A program made the position numbers and the translations under genes. The notes under the pieces are model-generated. The model was not told the origin of the DNA, did no database searches, and was given only the letters and a program-made list of their open reading frames with translations. Below, in pieces: positions 54,736 through 64,000 of a stretch of 64,000 nt of DNA; the stretch's first letter is position 1; each line of letters starts with the position of its first letter. The DNA is from Eledone cirrhosa (taxonomy: Eukaryota), in NCBI GenBank assembly GCA_964016885.1, contig OZ024743.1, positions 361,150,001-361,214,000 on the forward strand. Direction: 5' to 3'.

Positions 54736-57700
54736 CTGGATGGTCATCCCCCTGTTGTGGAATGTTTCTTGTATTTTTATTGTTACTTTGTTATTGTTAT
54801 TCATATTGTTTACTCGATTTTTCTGTAAAACCCCACTGTCCCAGTCTTTTGTATTGTCCCCTATATGTCGGCCCTTGTGACCAATAAATGAAATTATTAT
54901 TATTATTATTCGGGGTCGATAAAATAAAGTACCAGTAATGCACTCATATTTCTGAGTTATCAAGTCAGTTTAATTTTAATCTTTTTAATTCTTTTGATCG
55001 AATCAGTTGACTTATACCTGCAATAATAACCCCTTCTAAAAACATAATGTTAATTTGGTTACACTACGGGATAAGTCAATCATCCAAAGACATTGAATTC
55101 TTCTCCTACCAAACTTTACTTGCAAGTGGAAACGAATTAGAGACATACATTTATGAAGTGCACTTTTAAATAAACAAGCATACCTGTGTGGTGTTGTTTG
55201 AACAAAATTTGGCTGCTCTTTTTCACGGATTGAAAAGTTACGTAAATGTTCTTCCGGAGGCTTGCTCGTAATAACAATAATATTGGAATAATAAACACTA
55301 ATCTTCTACAAAACATTTAGACATTTACGCCAATTACAAACCAATCAAAAGCCTGTTGCATTCTTTGGTTTGTGTAACTATAAATAAACCCAAACACTGT
55401 GAAATAGATTGAAAGTTATGTTCGCATGATTTTAAGAGGCGCTTCATTTAATTTGTTTGCAACAAATGTTTGTAGCGATAGCAGAATTATTGTTATCGAT
55501 ATGAAAGGAACCTAAGACCATCAGTTAAATTAATAATTGATCGCTGACGTACACGCTTCGATAGGTTTGAGAATATCATTTTCAGACTAGATTATTCCGA
55601 GTGGTTGTCAAAGAAATGAAAATAACACATCTTCCATTGAAGCAGCATTTCAAAAGTGAAAACATATTTCGAATAGAATACAGATTGCTTTGTTAAACTT
55701 GCCTGAGTCACATCCAAATTACCAAGTTCATGAAGAAGTCTTAAACCCCAAGAGAATTGAGACTGAAGCCTCACCACAACTTCAACTCGGATAGTAGGGG
55801 AAAACAATTCTTTGTGCAACTACAACAATGATAATATACAAAAAAAACATTCAGACGTTGTTTACTGAGCTTTTTTAACGAATCAGTGAAACAAAATATT
55901 TTCAATTATCATGTGCTGGAAACATACATTTGTTTATTCTAACCTATCCCAAAACCAAATTAATGTTTTCATTTCTAAGATTAAAATCACTCAAAAAGTG
56001 TGATTTTCATTTCTTTTCAGGTTTTATTTTGTTTACATTTATGTTGGTTCAAGCTGCTGGAATTGTTCCAGCTGAATGAAATATTGATGAATGTTAGATT
56101 GCCTATCCCATATTTGCAACATGTTTGTTTGAATTATGTTTACACTTCTTCGTAAAATGGCTAAGCTGCCTTACGGAAACGTTAATCTGAACCATTTTGT
56201 AATGTGCAAACATATAACATTGCACACATGTGTGAAGCTTTCGAAATAGGATACGTGTGGTCTCTTAACTACGCCAGCATAAATGAAAAGTTAGTAAGAT
56301 ACTTAACATCCTTTTAGATACTAATATTATTCTTGCAATAAGTTGCATTATAATACATGTTATACATCATAATATAGTACAATATATCATGTAATCAATG
56401 AAATGTGACATAAAACTTTGTTGACGCCAGCAGATACGCGAAAACATAATTCATGTTAACAATCTAAGCCAATATACACTGCTAATTAACACATTCCTTT
56501 TGTGCTTCTAAATTTTAAACAATAGCTTCAGAATAGGTTACAGTTTATTTAACTCAAGGATTAAATATAGAAAACAAGCAAAATTAAATAGTTTTTCTTC
56601 AGTTTCTACGGGGAGTGGTACAGTTGTTTAATCAACCGAAATACCCGCTCTTTGATATAACATGTGACTGGTAGTCCACACATCTGTTTATCCATAACGT
56701 AATCCTTATGTAGGACCAGCTAGAACTGTTTAAGACAACGTTGGAACATTGATTTATAAACCATCCGGTGTACCTATCCACACTTTTCTTCTAAAATGAT
56801 ATACTAATTTTTGTTTGTTTCATTTTTCGACCATCGGATATTTATCCTATTAATCATCAACAATAAAACAAGGAGTTCCCTATGCTACCATTAGGCTCTT
56901 GTTTTGATCCCACAGCGAGTCATTTCGGAAAAACGACATTTATCATTGCCTCGGTTCGGTCCATGCTTTGTGGCTGAAACTCTATAGACGGATACTGAAT
57001 GGAAGCCGGTCTAATAGATGCACACAAAGAGATAGTGTTTCACTCTGAAATACCTTGAGAATTACGTTAAAGCTTGGTTTCCGTATCAATTGATTTTTAA
57101 TTTCATGAGCAGGCTGTTACGTTGATGGAACGACTGGGACATTCCTCGTTAAAACCGACTTAGATCCACCGAATTGATATAACGTTTAATCTGTCTGCCA
57201 GATGCCTCTTTAATATTTAATCTACTTCACACTTCTAGAATTCATAACAAAAGACAGCAATATTAAAATCAATTAATTGTGGACCAACAAATGATGCAAT
57301 GTTATGAAGCATTGTTAGATACAGAACCATATTGAGCAGTGATTCTTCATTTGAGAATTACTAGCAAGGCGTATTAACATAGTAACTGTTAGGGTTAGCT
57401 TACAACGATAGTTATTATTCTTTGGCCATATAACGGGATTATATAGAATCCATTTAAGGTCTCAATCGAGTTATGTTACCTTATATATATATATATATTC
57501 ATAATAATGATGGTATTTTAATTTTTACGATGGTTTTCTAAATTTCTAAATGATGGTTTTCTAAATTTCAATATGATTAATGGCAAAAACGGTAAAATAA
57601 GCCCAAGATAGTTATTCGGAAATTATTTTAATCAGTGTTGGCGAGGCCTGGCCCACGACACTTGCGAGTTTTCTAAACCCCTGAGATCTACATGGTTAAT

Positions 57701-58084
57701 GTTGAATTCTAACTTATAGAGGTGTATGTTGATAGCGAAAACATGGCCATGAGAACCAGTCTATAAAACTGCTGTGAGGCGTAATGTTTGGGTAAGATGT
57801 TAGAGAGAGATGAGACATGGAAATGAGATGAGTTTAAAGGTAATTTGTAGATAGTTTGTCTGGTTGAGAGAACCAGAAGCTTTTCAATAGCAGCTGCGTG
57901 TGCGAAAAGTACAACTACCTGTTTCATATTGGTAATTGAGTCTTTTAAATACTTTCCAGCCAATTGTATTTGTCTGTTGGCAACTCTCTCCTGAATATAT
58001 GCGAAGTAAATTGTATTGTGGGACTCCAACTAATAAACATTGATGTTGTTATCATAATTTGTAATTTAAAAATATTTGAAGTTG

Positions 58085-58265
58085 TCACCATCATCATGAT
58101 TTCATCGTTATCGTCGTCGTCATCATTATCGTCGTCGTCGTCATCATCATCCTCATCAACGTCATCATCATCATCATCATCATTATCGTCGTCATCATCA
58201 ACATAGTCATTACCATCATCATAATTCACATCATCATCATAAACATCATAATTGATATCATAATA
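58085..58265. repeat. Degenerate (TCA)n/(TCG)n trinucleotide repeat
   Basis: Direct reading. Confidence 0.9.
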
Positions 58266-59939
58266 ATCCAGTGCTTCCTAGAGGTCATATGTGAAACATA
58301 ATGTATTATTGACAAACACGAAATCTAATTTCGTACATCATTTGGCTTTTTCATTTGCAATACATAGTTTGATCCACTTTGATCCGCTCACAGAAAAGCT
58401 TTGATCCGCTCACAGATCAACATTGATCGACGAATAACAATATTTTATTATTTCATTGGAATTAAATCAATAACCAGATCATTGATTAGCACACATTGCT
58501 CTAAAACCTGGAAAATATTCAAGTTATAAATTTAAAAAATTCTCTTGTCAGGGGATTAAATTAATTCTGCGTATTTTTATATATTGATCTATTTTTATTG
58601 ATTTATTCACTAAATGTTATTGCATTTATTCGCTGTTGGACCGAATATAATTATATTGCTAAACTAGATTGCTTTTCATCAGTACTCAAAGGAGTATAGA
58701 AGAAGAATGCTCAGTGGTTAGGGTTGGATATTTATTATAAATTTCTGTTACAGAACTGCCAGGTTTATCAACCATGGAAGAGAAAGTTGTTCTTGTAGTC
58801 GTTGAAATTGTGTGGGTCTTATTATACCTGGTCGAATATATGTCAGAGAAATTATCCACTCTCTCTTTTTCATCTGAAGAAATATAAGTATAAGTAGTTT
58901 TTATATATGTGCATATATATATATATATATATATATACTTGTTTATATTTGTGTGTGTGTGTGTATGTGTGTGTGTGTGTGTATGTGTGTGTGTGCGCGC
59001 GAGTGTATGTGTGTGAGTGTGTGTGTGTGTGTGTGTGTTTTCTGAGACAGGGTGTTCTCGAATTCCTCCATTGTATACAAAGGGTCGGAAGACACGCCTA
59101 ACTGTTCAGACGATTGAGACGGATATATAAATGAAAAAGTTAATTGATGAATCAGGTGGATGTATAAAAGTGAGGAGGAGAAATGTTGGGTGGCTTCTGG
59201 TAAGAATCATAAAAGGGAGATATGTGCAAAGGGAGAGAAATGAAAGAAAAAGAAGGGGAAAAGGAGGGTAATGATAGTGGGAGAGGGGTATAAAAGGGCT
59301 GCGAGGCTAGGTAGATATTAAGGAAGTTATCCCAGTTGATCAGTTTTAGTGACAAACATAAACATGAATATATAAATCAAAACACTAAAATAATACAATA
59401 TAAAATAAAACTACTTAAATGAAAATTAAATAAAGAAAATCATGTGTAGAATTGAATAAAACAAATTAAATGATAATGTAAAATAAGAATAATATAGTAT
59501 AATAAAATAAAACAAACACTTTGAAAATAAATAGAAACTGTCAGAATGTTGTAGATGCAAGCGGAATTTTAGTAATTCAGGAATGATAAATTAATACCGA
59601 AAATACAAAAAAAAAATTAAATAAACAAAAGTCAATATTTGGTAGTAGGTTCAGTGCTGTTTTCGAGAAGTAGGTGAAGAATGGAAAATGAAAAATATAT
59701 GAAACGTTTTGTGGGTGTTATTAGTAGTGAGATGGAATGGTTGATGAATGAAATTGAATATCAAGTGTGGTCTAGCAGTGATAGCGGTAGCTTTGGTGGT
59801 TAGTTAATATTTGTTAATAATTATTTCTTTATTGGCAACAAAGGCCGAAACTTCTGGAAAAAGACAAGGTCATTGGGGATTTATAAAAAAATAGAAAAAT
59901 GTGTAAACAAATAAAACAACAATAATCAATAAATTAATA

Positions 59940-61690
59940 ACAATAAAAGTTCCCCAATAGGGCGAGCACAACCTAGGGGTAAGTGAGGAAATTCAAAGAC
60001 CCTAAACCACCCTAATCTCTAAGAGCACCATAGGAATATACCCCTCTCCTCTCCTCTAGAATCGCTTCATCCAACAGACACATGTTCAGTGGGGCCATCT
60101 TCGCTACTTTGACATACCATTTATGAAAGGTTCTGGTGAGCAGCACTTGTCTGTCCATCCTCACCTTCCTTTCTATGTGGAACTTGAATAAGTCGACAAT
60201 GGCTTGGCTGAAGTGTCTGATTTCAGTCTTTTCGGTAGCGTCAAACACACTATCTACAGACACAAGACATATGAAACAGCCTGTTATTCCCGGCCAAAAT
60301 TAGGCGGTGGGACAATCTTTTCGATAGATTCGGCCGATAGCCGGATCTGTCAGACACACGATAGTAGTTGCTCGACAAAACTCCACAAACCTGTAATGCA
60401 CAGACACAGGACGAGTGCATGCCGAACGGTTTCATCTTTCTGAAGGCATATCAGACAGGTTCATCTTATAGCACTTCCAAAATTTGAATTTGTCTGAAAC
60501 ATGCAGTGTTTCTGGAAGTTGTCGATAGTCCCCGCTTGCAAGTTCTCTGGAGCAGACCGATAAATTATATTTCGTCGAAGCCCAGAGCCTCTCCCAGAAC
60601 GTTGTCGCACTTGCCCGCCCACCACAAGTCCTATATGAACTCCAGAGTGGAATTTCCACTGACCACATTACCCATATGGTAGATGGTAGTGAGCGCCTGG
60701 AAACATTCAAGATGCCATCCACCAAGTCACAGTCATCGTTTGATCAACAACTGTAGTTCAGTGAAAGAGGCAGAGCTGCAGAAAGACGTATCTGACAATG
60801 GGTGACCAAACCAGTTCAACGTTTAGGCGGAATATCTGGAGATGATGAAACCTTAATGCATGTCTGCGCATCATAATCCATGGCTTGACTTGCCCTTCTT
60901 CTGAAGTGTGCTGGCAGTAGTTGCACCGACTCCACAGAAAAACCTGTAACTTCCAAGTCTGAAGATCAACCGCTTCAATATTGTGAGGTCTGTAGCAGGA
61001 GAAGGCATGAGCATCACATGCTAATAAATGAGGGACGTGATGTCCGCGTTAACCACACCCAAACGACCTTTCAGAGAAAGTTTGTTCTCTGCATATTTTT
61101 TTGTGAGAGTGGATACCTCGGCTCAGTTCTTATCCACCTTGAGATCTGGACCAAACCACATCCAAAGCAAATTCACCGGTCAGTGCGTTTAGCTTCCGAC
61201 ACATCTTGGACGACATGAACTATCTTCTTAAGCTGCCGAGCTGCAAACCCACCGACGTTTGCAGGTCGATTTTTGCACCCGTCAATCTTTCATATTCCTC
61301 TAAAAAGTTGCCGACCACCTCGATTTATGAGGATTTCAACACCATTACCGTGAGGTTGTTCGCATATGCCGACTCAGCCATTCCCCGTCCTTGTTCAGGT
61401 GGGATGCCCTATAAAAGATCTAGCTTCCGCAGTAGTGGCTTGAAAGTTAGTACATAGATAAGTAAGGAGAGAGGGCATTATTGACGCAACGAGTGCTTCA
61501 TCTGGAGCGGTTCCGATAAGTGGCCATTTACGCTGATTAGAAGCAGTTGTGAATTCCACTGATCTATCTTCTGAAGAGACAATCCCGAAGCCAGCTATCT
61601 TGAGGACGGTCTCCATTTATCGACGGCCATTACCATAGAAAGCATGTCAGAGCCCTACTTTGAAAATACAACAATTATGTTTCACTTTGA
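59940..61690 (-). mobile_element. Degenerate L1/Tx1-like ORF2 3' part (RT plus C-terminal region)
   Basis: CPLSLLIYVLTFKPLLRKL, AESAYANNLTVMV (degenerate YADD), ISRWIRTEPR and FKFHIERKVRMDRQVL. Confidence 0.75.
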
Positions 61691-62383
61691 AGAAATCCTA
61701 TAGTGCTATTCCTTCCACTAGTATGTCGGTTGCAATGCCACACCCAAGTGCTTCATTCTCCTTTCGTTCTTTTCGCTTTTCGTTACTCCTTAACCTAAAG
61801 CCTTCGACTCTAGTCAAACCGCACTCTTTAGAGTACCTCACAACCTGTTGTTAGGGGTTGCCCTTGACAATTGCTCCTTAACTAATGTGATAAGCTGGTG
61901 ACTGTAGCCTTTACGCAACGGGAACAATATGTGAAGCTTCCAGTAACCGGGTGTATGCGTAGGAGTTCTATTTAGGTTGACCATGCAGATTGCAAATATG
62001 TGGCCTGAATAGGTGAGGATTTGAAATTGTGAACAATCTATGGTATCCCTATATGCTAATGAAATAATATACCTATGAACATACGATCTAGATAATCATA
62101 TGCGATTAGTCCGTAATCACATTGGCACATTTGGGATATCTCGTCGGTACATGTCAGAAAGTTGGTACTTTCTGATCAACATCATGAGGCTTTTGTACCT
62201 CCCGTGTTTCTATCCACTACCCCCACACAATCCCAGCGTGTCCAAGTCACCGTTCCAGTACCCACTAGTAATGGATGAGATGTTCCTAAAAAGGCTTCCA
62301 GAAGCCTGAAGAATTCCGGCCGTCCAGCTACAGTCGGGGCGTTGACGGACCCCGCTTCATAGTCACCACCATCATTATTGCTC

Positions 62384-62570
62384 GCGGTGGATTGGCATTA
62401 TCGGTAGAGGGTCGGATGCCATGCTTTCCAGCATAGTTACGTCCCTTTACGATCTGAGTTCAAATCCCGCCGAGGTTGACTTTGCCTTTCATCCTTACGG
62501 GGTCGATAAAATAAAGTACCAGTAATACACTGGATAATTGCTGGCCTTGTGCCTAAGGTAGAAACAATTA
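62384..62570 (+). mobile_element. tRNA-SINE, full length
   Basis: A and B boxes; TSD attattgctc. Confidence 0.92.
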
Positions 62571-63422
62571 TTGCTCATGCTCCGGACCACCAACTTACCT
62601 TACGGGTCCAGGAAGATCGTCCATACCTCGAGCTCCAGACATTTCCTAAACAGCCCAGTATAACGAAGAGATGCGTAAATAGATCTCAAAGTCGTCTGGA
62701 ATGGTTGTTAGAACACGCGTGTCTAAATCCCGCATGAAATGTACAGTTGAATAAGGTAAATATACGTCAACATATATATAGAAAACGGGAACACAAACAC
62801 ACGAAAAACTCGTCAATGCTCTTCCAAAATTCCACCACGGAGACTCTATATAATGCATCGAGCTAAAAGCCATATTCACAAAGAACTGGTAGGGCAAATT
62901 GAGAAAGCTAACCATATAACAGAAAATAAACCCATCTACAATAGAATGGAATAGCAACAATCCCACAAACTAGCAACTGATGACAACTATGTTATAATAC
63001 ATAGGGAACATACATAAACCTATCATCGATAACATGCAGAAATAGATTAGTAACAGTTTTGCACTGATACGAGAGAGAAAGAAAAGAAAAAGGATGAACT
63101 AGAGATTCGAACGAGTGATATATATAGATATGAGTATTGGCAAGTAAAAATACACGAAGGTTAGTGGCTGATAAAGCTGAACATCCACAAATATTCAGTT
63201 GAAAAAGTATGGACACACACACAAAACCTTACGAGAGAATCAAAACAAGACATAAAGACATATAAAATACACATGCATGCACACACATTAATGGATATAT
63301 ATACACACACAGACATTTGCATGCCAAACAGAAAAAAATATTGCAAAAGTAGTAGAATAAAATACACACACACACACGTACACACACACACACAGACACA
63401 CATATATTATATATACATATTA

Positions 63423-63480
<58 letters not shown>

Positions 63481-63840
63481 TGCATGCACATAGCAAATGG
63501 TAAGCAACAGAAAGAAAATATAATGAACTAAATGAAACGGAAGCGAGACAAAGAGAAGCAAGAAGAGTCGTAGTGAAGGGCAGATAACGTATGACAAAAT
63601 AGGTTTGACAAGTGAATGCAATTAATCTATCATCCATTTACTAAACTAACCAAGGATTGGATTAGTTACATGTCTAATAGTATAACAGAAGTCGAACTCA
63701 AATTACGCGTGTATTTTTTTTTTGTTTCATATATGTTGGCAGCTTTTCCTATGCAACATATAAAAATATCGGTTTCAGAACATAATTTAACATCATGTGT
63801 CGCAAAACAACGACAAACACCATAGACCTTTTCTTTTCCT

Positions 63841-63874
<34 letters not shown>

Positions 63875-64000
63875 CTTAGAGTTTAGACTCAAAGGGGTCA
63901 TTTACAATCATTTCAGCTCTAGGAATCGCTTCTGAGCAGTATAAATTAATATTTGAGGAACATTTACATGTTTTAGTTGCAATTGACTAATAAGATCGCT

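Noticed and set aside
54269-54963. Poly-T/N/S/L ORFs, and the poly-D ORF at about 58 kb
   Set aside because: Trinucleotide repeats with no splice or domain support
57700-58030. 106-aa ORF or possible LINE remnant
   Set aside because: Only vague resemblance and no diagnostic motif

Overview
AT-rich, microsatellite-dense animal genomic DNA. The SINE and microsatellite content suggests a cephalopod (Octopus-like); this is inference only. I can support no host protein-coding exon. The window holds mostly decayed retroelements: three Penelope-like (PLE) RT/GIY-YIG remnants, four or five RTE-clade LINE remnants (one GC-rich copy with a TSD nested inside a PLE), an R4/Dong-like LINE, a CRE-like RLE fragment, Tx1/L1-like ORF1 and ORF2 pieces, a Helitron helicase remnant and about ten copies of one tRNA-derived SINE. 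The most notable signal is not in the ORF track. Many small non-coding modules sit between (TA)n tracts, arranged as fold-backs or tandem arrays, and most carry a type I hammerhead ribozyme (HHR) motif. The motifs include canonical cores (CUGAUGA, CUGACGA, CUGAAGA) and recurrent variants: UUGAUAA (U3:A8) in three unrelated families, CCGUYGA in two unrelated families, and CAGAAGA. The clearest example is a near-identical 588-bp tandem/inverted array at 2227-4507 with one U3:A8 HHR per unit, a candidate young retrozyme or non-autonomous PLE that could produce a 588-nt circular RNA. All ribozyme folds were read by eye and none was computed.
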